Shown here: one piece after another, positions 1 to 8,709 of the stretch
Numbering within the stretch: the stretch's first letter is position 1
Layout: the number at the start of each line of letters is the position of its first letter
Source of the DNA: Verrucomicrobiota bacterium
GTDB lineage: Bacteria; Bacteroidota; Bacteroidia; Chitinophagales; UBA8649
DNA length: 48,751 nucleotides
Reading direction: 5' to 3'
Assembly (NCBI GenBank): GCA_017853115.1
Contig: JAFMKE010000002.1
Coordinates: 1-48,751 of the forward strand
Notes under the pieces: model-generated
What the model was told of the DNA's origin: nothing
What the model saw: the letters and a program-made list of their open reading frames with translations, nothing else
The model's database searches: none
Position numbers and translations under genes: made by a program

Positions 1-159
1 TTGTACAAATATGCTTATAAAGTTTGTTGTTTTCTTGATTTGCTCGAAAAAAAAGCATTAAGAAGCTGACAAGTCTTGCTAGAAAAAAGAAGTGTAATGT
101 TTTCTGTAAGCAACACAGAACTTTCCTAAGAAGTAAGCGACAAAAAAATAGAAGGGGAA

Positions 160-384
160 TTATTTAACCTCAGGCTCAGAACTGAAACGCAACAAAGCAA
201 TTCCACAAAGAAGAATAAAGCCAAACAATACAAACTTAAAGATTAAACCTGTATCCAATAAACCTGCGTATCCATCACTGGGATTATAAGGCAAAACAGC
301 TGAACTATTCAAATAGAGGAAAATCGTACCCAAAGTAGCAAGACCTCCGACAATCGACAACATCATTCCTAAAACTTTCGCCAT
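160..384 (-). CDS. small membrane protein, function unknown
   Basis: 74-aa ORF with two long hydrophobic segments (LSIVGGLATLGTIFLYL; FKFVLFGFILLCGIALL). No recognisable family motif. Confidence 0.4.
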   Translation of the reverse strand: MAKVLGMMLSIVGGLATLGTIFLYLNSSAVLPYNPSDGYAGLLDTGLIFKFVLFGFILLCGIALLRFSSEPEVK

Positions 385-495
385 GGCTTTAAATTTTGAA
401 CAAAGTTAATTAATAATACCTATTCTCAGTAATCTTGTTTACAAAAAAATTGTAATTATGCAGAAGCGCTCACATGTAAAAGCTCAACTAGTTCA

Positions 496-1104
496 ATGAA
501 TATTATTGCTGCCATAGCCCTCCCAATTATAGCTGGCTGTATCGGTTGGTTTACCAATTACCTTGCCGTTAAAATGCTTTTTTATCCAAGAAAACCCAAG
601 GTAATTCTCGGATTAACGATTCAAGGAATATTTCCGAAAAGACAAGCCTTTGTCGCTGAGAAGGTCGGTCATTTAGTTGCTGAGGAACTTTTAGCTACGG
701 AAGAGATTTTCAATCGCATTAACAGTGAGAAGAACCTAGCCATGTTGAAGCATAAGCTTAACGAAAAGTTGGGAAGCTACTTTGAACTCACGCTGGTTCG
801 AAAATATCCAATGATAGCCAAGTTGTTACCAGAAAAACTGAAGAGTAGGATTAAGGAGGAAATTCTCGAAGAGGTAGAAAATCAAATTCCCTCTTTGCTG
901 CGTTCCCAAGTAGGATATTTAGAAGAAAACCTTGATTTGCAGGGTATTATTCGAAGTAAGGTGAATATGCTATCCAGTGAAAAACTAGAAAAGATTATAT
1001 GGGACATCCTGGCTGAAGAGTTTAAGTTTATTGAATGGATCGGAGCTGTTCTTGGCTTTACTATAGGTTTAATACAAGTACTTATCGCCTTAATTTTTTT
1101 CTAA
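496..1104 (+). CDS. DUF445-family membrane protein
   Basis: N-terminal TM plus 'GWFTNYLAVKMLFYPRKP' and 'GIFPKRQ' motifs and a C-terminal TM ('GAVLGFTIGLIQVLIALIFF'). This layout is typical of DUF445/YheB-like proteins. Confidence 0.7.
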   Translation: MNIIAAIALPIIAGCIGWFTNYLAVKMLFYPRKPKVILGLTIQGIFPKRQAFVAEKVGHLVAEELLATEEIFNRINSEKNLAMLKHKLNEKLGSYFELTLVRKYPMIAKLLPEKLKSRIKEEILEEVENQIPSLLRSQVGYLEENLDLQGIIRSKVNMLSSEKLEKIIWDILAEEFKFIEWIGAVLGFTIGLIQVLIALIFF

Positions 1105-1189
1105 CAGACGTGGAATCCTTCATTCTCGTTCGTTTCACATTTAACATGCATTAGGCATTCCAAAGTGCACGTGGAATTAATTTGATGCT

Positions 1190-1197
1190 TATCTTTG
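1190..1197 (+). promoter_or_regulatory. candidate Bacteroidota -7 promoter box (TATCTTTG)
   Basis: Exact match to the TAnnTTTG consensus, ending 4 nt before the rhomboid ATG at 1202. This implies a leaderless or near-leaderless mRNA. Confidence 0.45.
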
Positions 1198-1201
1198 CAG
1201 C

Positions 1202-1861
1202 ATGATGAATTCCTTGCACCGAAGTGAAATTGTGAAGCACCTCATTATCGCCAATGTGATATTTTTTGTTTTGTTTTGCATGTCGGCATCACCTTTATAC
1301 AAATTCTTTCCTGTGCTTGCACTCTGGTATTTTGATGCTCCTTTTTTCCAAGCTTGGCAATTAATCACACATTTCTTCATGCATGGCAGCTTCATGCATA
1401 TTTTCTTTAACATGTATGCCTTATATTTATTCGGCACCGTTTTAGAGCGGGTCTGGGGAGCGAAGCGATTTATGATTTTTTACTTCGTAACCGGTGTTGT
1501 AGCAGCTGTTCTGTACAACCTCATCGGAGGGATTGAGTACTATATGCAATACGGTACGATGTTTCCGCACAAGGCAGGCTTTCCTGTACAATTTATCCCA
1601 ATGATAGGTGCTTCTGGCGCCGTTTTTGGTCTGTTAACTGCTTTTGCTATGCTTTTCCCAAATACAGAACTTCGCCTTTTGTTTCCTCCAATAGCCTTGA
1701 AAGCCAAGCATTTCGTTTTAATCTATGTGGGCATTGAAATATATCTTAGTTTCACTTCTTTTAAAGGAGATAACATCGCCCATTTCGCTCACGTAACTGG
1801 AGCACTAGTCGGTTTCTTATTGGTGAAATATTGGCAAAAGACAAGTAAGACATTTTACTAA
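1202..1861 (+). CDS. rhomboid family intramembrane serine protease
   Basis: Multi-TM protein with the TM2 'HFFMHGSFMHIFFNM' (HxxxxHxxxN) motif, the catalytic 'GASGAVFG' (GxSG) motif and the TM6 'AHVTGALVG' His. Confidence 0.85.
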   Translation: MMNSLHRSEIVKHLIIANVIFFVLFCMSASPLYKFFPVLALWYFDAPFFQAWQLITHFFMHGSFMHIFFNMYALYLFGTVLERVWGAKRFMIFYFVTGVVAAVLYNLIGGIEYYMQYGTMFPHKAGFPVQFIPMIGASGAVFGLLTAFAMLFPNTELRLLFPPIALKAKHFVLIYVGIEIYLSFTSFKGDNIAHFAHVTGALVGFLLVKYWQKTSKTFY

Positions 1862-2767
1862 ATGAATATTTCCACCGATCAAGTACGTCGCTTCTTATTA
1901 CAGCAAATCAAATCTGGCGATATTGTTATCCAGTTGATTTTAGCTAATATCGCTATTTACCTCGGCCTACAACTTATTGCATTTATTGAATGGATGCTTC
2001 GACTAAGCGAAGCTCCTATAAGCTTGTTTATTCAAAATTGGTTTTTCCTACCGGCCAGTTTCAATGATTTATTAATCAAGCCATACACCCTATTGACTTA
2101 CATGTTTTTTCATGTAAGCTTCCTCCATTTGCTGGTCAATGTATTTATGCTTTATTTTTTTGGTAAAATGATCATTTCACTTCGCGGATTTAAGCAAGTA
2201 CTGCCTCTCTATATTTTAGGCGGTTTGTTTGGCGGAATCTTTTACATCTTTTTTAATCATTTCAAGCTTGTGCCCATGATAGACACCCCAATTGCTGGTG
2301 CCTCAGCTTCTATCATGGCTTTAATGGCGGCAGTTACGCTCATCCAACCCAACTTTCCGCTGAAGTTCTTTCTTTTGTTCGATGTGAAACTGAAGTGGTT
2401 GATGTTTGCATTTGCCTTACTTAATATCCTTGGCTTAAGCAATGCTGAAGGAGCCGGACCTGGAATTATTCATATTGGCGGAATGCTTTGGGGATTCATA
2501 TTCATTTATTTGGAAAGCAGACAAATTTCAGTAAGCAAACCCTTTAATGGATTAGTGAATAAGCTCCTTGCTTTGTTCAACAAACGACCTCAGCCCAAAG
2601 TAAGCTTCATCAACAAAGAGAAAGTTGCTCGCAAGCCACAGGCTAAAACCAATGCCGATGACAGCCAAGAAAAAATTGATGCAATCTTGGATAAAATATC
2701 TGCCAATGGATATGAAAGCTTAAATCGAGAAGAAAAGGATTTCTTATTCAAAGCAAGTAAAAAATAA
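1862..2767 (+). CDS. rhomboid family protease paralog with charged C-terminal tail
   Basis: Its ATG directly abuts the upstream TAA. Motifs: 'FFHVSFLHLLVNV', 'GASASIMA' (Ser kept, GxSG Gly changed to Ala) and 'HIGGMLWG'. A ~80-aa hydrophilic tail ends in 'ISANGYESLNREEKDFLFK'. Confidence 0.8.
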   Translation: MNISTDQVRRFLLQQIKSGDIVIQLILANIAIYLGLQLIAFIEWMLRLSEAPISLFIQNWFFLPASFNDLLIKPYTLLTYMFFHVSFLHLLVNVFMLYFFGKMIISLRGFKQVLPLYILGGLFGGIFYIFFNHFKLVPMIDTPIAGASASIMALMAAVTLIQPNFPLKFFLLFDVKLKWLMFAFALLNILGLSNAEGAGPGIIHIGGMLWGFIFIYLESRQISVSKPFNGLVNKLLALFNKRPQPKVSFINKEKVARKPQAKTNADDSQEKIDAILDKISANGYESLNREEKDFLFKASKK

Positions 2768-2777
2768 AGTTTACAGG

Positions 2778-3851
2778 ATGCTCAAAAAAATTGCGATAAT
2801 AGCTAATCTTCTCGCAGCTTTAGGGCTCATTTTCGTGCATTTCAGCGCAAATGTTAATCCTTTAGATTTCTGGTTGTTTGCATTTTTCGGACTAGGCTTT
2901 CCCTTAATCCTGGCGCTGTGTGTTTTGTTCGCTGTTTTATGGTTGTTTAGCGAAAATAAATGGTTCAGCTTAATCTCCTTGAGCGCTTTGCTCATTACTT
3001 GGTCAAGCAACCTAACTGTTTTTCAAATAAGTTTTCCGTCCCAAGCAACTGAGGAAATCAGTTTAATAAGTTGGAATGTGAAAAATTTCGACTTATATAA
3101 CTGGAGCGGAAATCAAAATACGCGAAACGAAATGATGGCGGTGCTTGAAGAAAATCGTCCAGATGTTTTATGCTTGCAAGAATTTTACACTGAAGATATA
3201 GGGACATTCACCAATCTTGAGGATATCAAGAAAAAGCTGGATTATAAGTATCATTACTTTGCAAAAACCTTTACTAAATCCGGGACCAGGCATTGGGGCA
3301 TGGTTATTTTCTCTAAGTTCAAAATTGTGGATACAGGCAAGTTGACTTTTGTCAAAGGAACAAGACTAAACACCTGTATTTATGTTGATTTAGCTGTGAG
3401 TGATGTGCAGACCATCAGGGTATACAATGTACACTTTCAAAGCAATCAACTGTCTGAAGAGGATTATTCATATTTGGAGAGTCTGGATGATAATGATGGG
3501 AGATATTCAGCCATGGGCATACTAAAAAAGTTGAAAAACGGCTACATGAAGCGAGCAGAACAGGTTTTGCAAGTACAAGAAAGTAAAAACAGTAGTCCAT
3601 ACCCGAGCATCATCTGTGGCGATTTCAATGACACCCCTGTTTCATTCACCTACAAAACTTTGAGCAAAAACATGCAAGATGCCTTCATTGAGAAGGGTAA
3701 TGGTTTTGGCAAAACCTATGTCAATCCAAGTCCTTTTCTGCGCATCGACTTTGCGCTATTTCATCCCATGTTTAGGATTAACGCGTACAAAGAGTTGAAT
3801 GAAGTTGTGCTCTCAGACCACTATCCTATTCAGGTGCAGTTTTCTTACTAA
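2778..3851 (+). CDS. membrane-anchored endonuclease/exonuclease/phosphatase (EEP) family protein
   Basis: Three N-terminal TM helices, then EEP motifs: 'SWNVKNF', 'VLCLQEF', 'GDFNDTP', 'SDHYPI'. Confidence 0.8.
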   Translation: MLKKIAIIANLLAALGLIFVHFSANVNPLDFWLFAFFGLGFPLILALCVLFAVLWLFSENKWFSLISLSALLITWSSNLTVFQISFPSQATEEISLISWNVKNFDLYNWSGNQNTRNEMMAVLEENRPDVLCLQEFYTEDIGTFTNLEDIKKKLDYKYHYFAKTFTKSGTRHWGMVIFSKFKIVDTGKLTFVKGTRLNTCIYVDLAVSDVQTIRVYNVHFQSNQLSEEDYSYLESLDDNDGRYSAMGILKKLKNGYMKRAEQVLQVQESKNSSPYPSIICGDFNDTPVSFTYKTLSKNMQDAFIEKGNGFGKTYVNPSPFLRIDFALFHPMFRINAYKELNEVVLSDHYPIQVQFSY

Positions 3852-4462
3852 TACTTGAAAAAATAATAGAGCTGCTTAAGGTACTCGTTGTTTAAGGCAA
3901 TAAGACCGTATTCGTTTTCCCACCATCGGGATTCATCATAAATAGAACTTGGCGCGCTAATTACAGATACTGTTATCCCCTCGCCTTGAAATAGTTTTTT
4001 AAATACTTGTTCCACGCGTTTGGTGTGAAAAGATGATGAAACAACAGCTATTTTCCGAATACCTTTCTGCAAGCAAAAGTCTAAAACGAAGTCCGCTTCT
4101 TCAGCAGTACTTGTGCCTACAGGGAATAAGAGTATGTCGCCTGAAGGAACTCCTCCTTTTAACAGTTGAATTTGAGTGAGTTCACTCTCCAAGGTGTCAA
4201 TACCCAAAGTCTTCAGATCATTTGACTGATTAGCGCCGAGGCAAACAACCTTTCCAAATTTACCTTCGTGATACAACTCGGCCGCCTTTTGTCCTCGGTC
4301 CAGCGCATTGCCAGAAAGCACAAAAGCATAGTCGACATAAGTGATATCATCGTTGACCATTAAATATTCAGCCATTTTTTCAAAAATGGTGAACCTGCCG
4401 AGGTAGGCCGCGGAAAACATTAAGATTATAAACACTGATAAGAAACCGATCTTTCTTTTCAT
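3848..4462 (-). CDS. YdcF/DUF218 (ElyC/SanA-like) family protein
   Basis: N-terminal TM (MKRKIGFLSVFIILMF), then a DUF218-like core ('YAFVLSGNA', 'AVVSSSFHTKR'). I place the start at ATG 4462. The track start at 4510 would overlap the divergent MazG-like gene. Confidence 0.7.
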   Translation of the reverse strand: MKRKIGFLSVFIILMFSAAYLGRFTIFEKMAEYLMVNDDITYVDYAFVLSGNALDRGQKAAELYHEGKFGKVVCLGANQSNDLKTLGIDTLESELTQIQLLKGGVPSGDILLFPVGTSTAEEADFVLDFCLQKGIRKIAVVSSSFHTKRVEQVFKKLFQGEGITVSVISAPSSIYDESRWWENEYGLIALNNEYLKQLYYFFKY

Positions 4463-4491
4463 TTCACTAATTTGCAGAGAAATTATGATAA

Positions 4492-4818
4492 ATGGAGATA
4501 CTTGAAGCACAAAAAACCATTGACAAATGGATTAAAACCTATGGCGTTCGTTATTTTGATGAAATGACCAATCTCGCCGTTTTAATGGAAGAGGTTGGTG
4601 AGTTAGCACGTATTTTCTCCAGAGAATTTGGGGAACAATCATTTAAAACGGGCGAATCAGCTGAAGGACTTGCAGATGAAATGGCCGATATACTTTTTGT
4701 ACTCTGTTGTTTAGCCAACCAAACAGGAATAAACTTAGAAGAAGCACTGATTAAAAACATTGAAAAGAAAACCAGCCGGGATAAGGACAGGCATAAAACC
4801 AATCAGAAATTAAAATAA
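4492..4818 (+). CDS. MazG-like nucleotide pyrophosphohydrolase domain protein
   Basis: 108 aa with the 'EEVGELARIF ... LADEMADILFVL' EExxE/DxxD helical pattern of small MazG-domain proteins. Confidence 0.8.
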   Translation: MEILEAQKTIDKWIKTYGVRYFDEMTNLAVLMEEVGELARIFSREFGEQSFKTGESAEGLADEMADILFVLCCLANQTGINLEEALIKNIEKKTSRDKDRHKTNQKLK

Positions 4819-4849
4819 CTGCAGACACAGCCAAACAGAATAAATGTGT

Positions 4850-4857
4850 TAATTTTG
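4850..4857 (+). promoter_or_regulatory. candidate -7 promoter box (TAATTTTG)
   Basis: Exact TAnnTTTG match 35 nt upstream of the ATG at 4892. Confidence 0.45.
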
Positions 4858-4891
4858 ACGTATATTAAGTACTAGAAAACAAAGCGAAAAA

Positions 4892-5839
4892 ATGAAAAGA
4901 GTATTCATCTTATTATTTGGATTATTTATAGGATTATCTGTTAGCGCTCAAAATGAACGTCACCAGTGGGCTATTGGTGTCGGCATTAGCGCAACTGATT
5001 TTTCTGGCCCCTTAACTAAGTCGTATTTTGATTTTGACAACTACAAAGGAGCAGGTCGAATTTTTGTTGGAAGATACATGAATGAGTCTTTCAATTTGAA
5101 GGCTGACTTTACTTTTGGCAAGGCCTGGTTCCCAACTATTACCGCCTATCCAGAGGTAGTCCCGGATGTTTACCAATTGCGTCAATTGTATGATATGGGC
5201 TTAAGTATTGAGTACAAGTTTAACAATGGTTACATCTTTAAAGAAGATGCTGTTATTGCTCCATACATCCACACAGGTTTTGGATTTAATAGTGTGGTTG
5301 ACTATGATTTTAATACCTATATTCCTTTTGGATTGGGCTTAAGTATTCGTCCGGCTGATTGGCTGACGATTAATGTTCAATCAAGCTATAAGCTGAATTT
5401 AGATAATTCATTTGATTACACCCAGCATGCTGTTTCTCTTGTCTATAATTTCGGCAAGGCAAATAATAAATCGAAAGAAAATGAGAAGGAAGAGGAATTT
5501 AGTGACTCAGATTTGGATGGTGTTCCAGACCTAATTGATGAATGTCCGTTTGCCGCGGGTACCGCTGATTTTTTTGGTTGCCCAGACACCGACAACGATG
5601 GTTTAGGTGATAGCCGCGATAATTGCCCCAAAGAAATGGGATCTTTGGATAACAAAGGTTGCCCTGTTGCGGATAGTGATGGAGATGGAGTAGAAGATTC
5701 CAAGGATTCTTGTCCAGACCTGAAGGGAGATAAGCGTTTCGCAGGATGCCCAGATACCGATGGAGATGGTATCGCAGACAAATACGATGCCTGTCCGGAA
5801 CAAGCTGGTCTGGCCAGCAACAATGGTTGTCCTGAATAA
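4892..5839 (+). CDS. outer-membrane beta-barrel protein with C-terminal thrombospondin type-3 (Ca-binding) repeats, no OmpA C-terminal domain
   Basis: Signal peptide (…GLSVSAQ). About 170 aa of alternating aromatic/hydrophobic beta-strand pattern. Then four D-x-D-x-D-G-x-x-D-x-x-D-x-C-P repeats, and the ORF stops right after the last 'GCPE'. Confidence 0.7.
   Translation: MKRVFILLFGLFIGLSVSAQNERHQWAIGVGISATDFSGPLTKSYFDFDNYKGAGRIFVGRYMNESFNLKADFTFGKAWFPTITAYPEVVPDVYQLRQLYDMGLSIEYKFNNGYIFKEDAVIAPYIHTGFGFNSVVDYDFNTYIPFGLGLSIRPADWLTINVQSSYKLNLDNSFDYTQHAVSLVYNFGKANNKSKENEKEEEFSDSDLDGVPDLIDECPFAAGTADFFGCPDTDNDGLGDSRDNCPKEMGSLDNKGCPVADSDGDGVEDSKDSCPDLKGDKRFAGCPDTDGDGIADKYDACPEQAGLASNNGCPE
5501..5836 (+). 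repeat. four tandem thrombospondin type-3-like repeats (protein-level, partly visible in DNA)
   Basis: 'DLDGVPDLIDECP', 'DTDNDGLGDSRDNCP', 'DSDGDGVEDSKDSCP', 'DTDGDGIADKYDACP'. DNA echoes: ggttgcccagacaccgacaacgatggt versus ggatgcccagataccgatggagatggt. Confidence 0.75.
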
Positions 5840-5922
5840 TTACGATAGGTTAGTTGCCAAACGATTTAATCTTTCGAGCTTTTAAGGTAGCAGCGCTACA
5901 GGCTAAGTAAAATGGATAAAAC

Positions 5923-6531
5923 CTACAAAGCCTTCATCTGTAAACCCCGTCTCTTGAAGTCCTCCAAAACTGCAGGTAATGCTTTACGCAAATTTTTTTC
6001 TGCTTTGAGGCTATCGTGAAAAACAATGATTGAACCCGGTTGAACATGTTCAATAACATTTCTTGCACAGTCTTCCGGACTCACGGATTGATCAAAATCA
6101 TAGGCCATAATATCCCACATCACAATTTCATAATCCTTGCGAATGGCACTTCGAACACCTGGCTTTAATTTCCCGTAAGGCGGACGAAAAAACTTACTAT
6201 GAAAAACGCGAGAACAACTCTCAATATCAGAAAGATACTGTTTTCTGTCGGTTTGCCAGCAGTTTAAGTGGTTGTAGGTATGGTTGCCCACCGCATGTCC
6301 ATTATTCAGGATACGCTCAAAAATTTCAGGATATAACACAACATTTTTACCCAAACAAAAGAAAGTTGCTTTCGCATCATATCGCTCCAATTGATCGAGT
6401 ACCCAATTCGTAATCTCTGGGGTTGGACCATCATCGAAGCTTAAGTATACCGAATTGTCCGACTGATGATTATCCCAAGTAAGCTTCGGAAATATCTTTT
6501 TCGCTATTTCTGGCGTTTTGGGCAAGTACAT
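5923..6531 (-). CDS. polysaccharide deacetylase (NodB homology domain) family protein
   Basis: 'YLSFDDGP', 'ATFFCLG', 'GHAVGNHTYNH', 'FRPPYG' and 'IIVFHD' match NodB/CE4 catalytic motifs. Confidence 0.8.
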   Translation of the reverse strand: MYLPKTPEIAKKIFPKLTWDNHQSDNSVYLSFDDGPTPEITNWVLDQLERYDAKATFFCLGKNVVLYPEIFERILNNGHAVGNHTYNHLNCWQTDRKQYLSDIESCSRVFHSKFFRPPYGKLKPGVRSAIRKDYEIVMWDIMAYDFDQSVSPEDCARNVIEHVQPGSIIVFHDSLKAEKNLRKALPAVLEDFKRRGLQMKAL

Positions 6532-6555
6532 CTTTGATGAGGGTGTTTATTTAAG

Positions 6556-6563
6556 TAAATTTG
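6556..6563 (+). promoter_or_regulatory. candidate -7 promoter box (TAAATTTG)
   Basis: Exact TAnnTTTG match 56 nt upstream of the gltX ATG. Confidence 0.45.
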
Positions 6564-6618
6564 CATCCGATAGTTCTCCAAACGAATTATCCTGGAATAA
6601 AATTGTAAATATATTCAA

Positions 6619-8151
6619 ATGTCAAAAAAGATTAGAACTCGATTTGCTCCAAGTCCAACGGGCCCATTGCACATGGGGGGCGTACGAACAGCACTATACT
6701 GCTATCTGTTTGCCAAAAAACATGATGGCGATTTCATACTGCGTGTAGAGGATACCGATCAAACTCGCTTTGTTCCAGGTGCCGAGGAGTATATCATTGA
6801 AACGCTGAAATGGTGTGGGATAGAACCAAATGAAGGTGTGGGTTTCGGCGGTGATTTTGGTCCATATCGCCAAAGTGAGCGTAAAGAGATGTATGCTGAA
6901 TATGCCCAAATGTTGCTCGAGAAAGGCGATGCCTATTACGCATTTGATACACCAGAAGAATTGGATGAATGGCGAGAGAATATGAAAAATCAAGGGAAGC
7001 CTTCGCCAAAATATGATCCAATAACGAGACAATACTTAAAGAATTCGCTGCATTTGAGTGAAGACGAAGTAAAGCGCCGCTTAGCCGCTGGAGATCCATG
7101 GGTTATTCGCTACAAAATGCCAAGAAATGAAGAAGTGAAGTTTGAAGATGATATTCGAGGTATCGTTAGTTTTCAAACCAATCAACTGGATGATAAAGTC
7201 TTGCTTAAGTCTGATGGAATGCCTACCTATCACCTAGCCAATGTAGTTGATGACCACCTGATGAAAATCACGCATGTAATTCGTGGCGAGGAATGGTTAC
7301 CTTCCACTCCTCTACACGTTCTTTTGTACAAAAGTTTTGGCTGGGACATGCCTCAATTTGCCCACCTGCCCTTAATTCTAAAGCCGGATGGTAAAGGAAA
7401 ATTGAGTAAACGTGATGGCGACCGATTAGGTTTTCCGGTTTTCCCACTTAACTGGGCAGACCCGAACACAGGCGAAGAAAGTGTGGGATATAAAGAAAGA
7501 GGCTTCTTGCCTGAGGCGTTTATCAATATGCTTGCGTTTTTGGGATGGAACCCAGGAACTGAACAAGAGATTTTTAGTTTGAATGAATTGGTGGAGGCCT
7601 TCTCCATTGAACGAGTAGGTAAGTCTGGTGCTCGCTTTGATTTTGAAAAAACGAAGTGGTTTAATCAACAATACATCAAAAGCAAGAGCGATGCAGAACT
7701 AGTAGAACTAACTCACGAGTTGTTTTCGGATACAGGATACCAAGCTACAAATGAAAAACTTGAAGCGATTTGTTCACTGACCAAAGAAAGAGCAACGTTC
7801 CTTCACGAGATTCCCGATCTAGCGTATTACTTCTTTGAAGACATTCGGGAGTTTGATGAAAAAAACCTAAAAAAGAAATGGAAAAATGAGCATAGTGAAG
7901 CTTTCCGAAGTTTAATCGCAGACTTTAACAACTTGGAGCCATTTCAAGCAAATAAAATTGAAGAAACCGTTAAGGCTTTTATGGAAACCCATAGTTTAGG
8001 CTTTGGTCAGGTGCTGCCCATTCTTCGAATCAGCATGACTGGCACCATGCAAGGACCGCCTATTTTCAGCGTAATGGAAGTACTCGGAAAATCTACTTGT
8101 TTGGAACGACTAGAAAAAGGGCTAAATTTAGCCAAGGAACTTCAAGATTAA
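6619..8151 (+). CDS. gltX: glutamate--tRNA ligase
   Basis: 'RFAPSPTGPLHMGG' (HIGH motif), 'KLSKR' (KMSKS motif), a class I GluRS core and a C-terminal anticodon-binding region. Confidence 0.95.
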   Translation: MSKKIRTRFAPSPTGPLHMGGVRTALYCYLFAKKHDGDFILRVEDTDQTRFVPGAEEYIIETLKWCGIEPNEGVGFGGDFGPYRQSERKEMYAEYAQMLLEKGDAYYAFDTPEELDEWRENMKNQGKPSPKYDPITRQYLKNSLHLSEDEVKRRLAAGDPWVIRYKMPRNEEVKFEDDIRGIVSFQTNQLDDKVLLKSDGMPTYHLANVVDDHLMKITHVIRGEEWLPSTPLHVLLYKSFGWDMPQFAHLPLILKPDGKGKLSKRDGDRLGFPVFPLNWADPNTGEESVGYKERGFLPEAFINMLAFLGWNPGTEQEIFSLNELVEAFSIERVGKSGARFDFEKTKWFNQQYIKSKSDAELVELTHELFSDTGYQATNEKLEAICSLTKERATFLHEIPDLAYYFFEDIREFDEKNLKKKWKNEHSEAFRSLIADFNNLEPFQANKIEETVKAFMETHSLGFGQVLPILRISMTGTMQGPPIFSVMEVLGKSTCLERLEKGLNLAKELQD

Positions 8152-8154
8152 ATC

Positions 8155-8343
8155 ATGCCGAAAAAGAAACCGATAAAAGGAAAACCTGAGGTCCATAAGG
8201 ATCTCGAAGGATTGGATTTTAAAATCAATACTTTTGGTGAAATCCAGTCGACTATGGACTTAGATAAACTCAATAAGTTTTTAAATGAAAACGTAGAGGA
8301 CAAAAAGCTCCATACTAAACCAAATAAAGAAAAGTCTGAATAA
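8155..8343 (+). CDS. small hydrophilic protein, function unknown
   Basis: 62-aa Lys/Glu-rich ORF. It sits between gltX (3-nt gap) and dgkA (9-nt gap), so it is probably co-transcribed. No family recognised. Confidence 0.4.
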   Translation: MPKKKPIKGKPEVHKDLEGLDFKINTFGEIQSTMDLDKLNKFLNENVEDKKLHTKPNKEKSE

Positions 8344-8352
8344 ATCATTCCT

Positions 8353-8709
8353 ATGAAAAAGTTTTTCAAAGGATTTGTGTATGCCTTTAACGGCATCGCT
8401 TATGCATTTCGCACCCAGGTCAATATGCGCTTTCACGCGTTTGTTGGTTTGCTCGTTGTTGGTGCTGGTTTCTATTTTCACATCACCTCAACCGAATGGG
8501 CAATTATCGCTATAGCCATCGGTCTCGTTATGAGTGCAGAGTTGTTTAACACAGCAGTAGAGTCTCTAACCGATCTCGCAACAAAAGAGATTCATCCCTT
8601 GGCCAAAACTGCTAAGGATTGTGCTGCTGCTGCGGTATTAATTTGTGCGATACTAGCGGTCATTTTAGGAGGTATTATATTTATCCCCTACCTAGTTCAA
8701 CTCTTTTAA
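8353..8709 (+). CDS. dgkA: diacylglycerol kinase family protein (DgkA / undecaprenol kinase type)
   Basis: 118 aa, three TM helices, 'SAELFNTAVESLTD' and 'KDCAAAAVL' motifs of prokaryotic DAGK. Confidence 0.85.
   Translation: MKKFFKGFVYAFNGIAYAFRTQVNMRFHAFVGLLVVGAGFYFHITSTEWAIIAIAIGLVMSAELFNTAVESLTDLATKEIHPLAKTAKDCAAAAVLICAILAVILGGIIFIPYLVQLF

Noticed and set aside
1-159. A possible minus-strand gene start at 58 (MLFFRANQENNKLYKHICT…) running off the left edge, or the tail of a plus-strand gene ending near 61-69.
   Set aside because: Fewer than 20 codons are visible, no motif is recognisable and the track gives no support. It cannot be called.
4463-4510. Upstream extension of the DUF218 ORF. 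The same class includes 18413..18460 for the SDR gene, 19029..19037 for gldD and 44609..44632 for the lipoprotein.
   Set aside because: Each extension overlaps a neighbouring gene or uses a non-ATG start. In each case a downstream ATG gives a canonical N-terminus (signal peptide, TM, or the Rossmann TGxxxGIG motif right after the start).
5443-5823. 126-aa and 66-aa minus-strand ORFs (5443..5823, 5603..5803) rich in Ser/Pro/Gly.
   Set aside because: They are the reverse-complement reading of the Asp/Gly/Cys-rich thrombospondin repeat codons. The plus-strand frame has a signal peptide and textbook TSP3 motifs, so the minus-strand ORFs are shadows.
6518-6748. 76-aa plus-strand ORF overlapping the deacetylase start and the gltX start. 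Also other in-gene ORFs such as 6694..7099, 17645..17905, 22728..23051, 26716..27003 and 36222..36479.
   Set aside because: They overlap strongly supported genes in other frames or strands and have no recognisable motifs. They are typical spurious ORFs.
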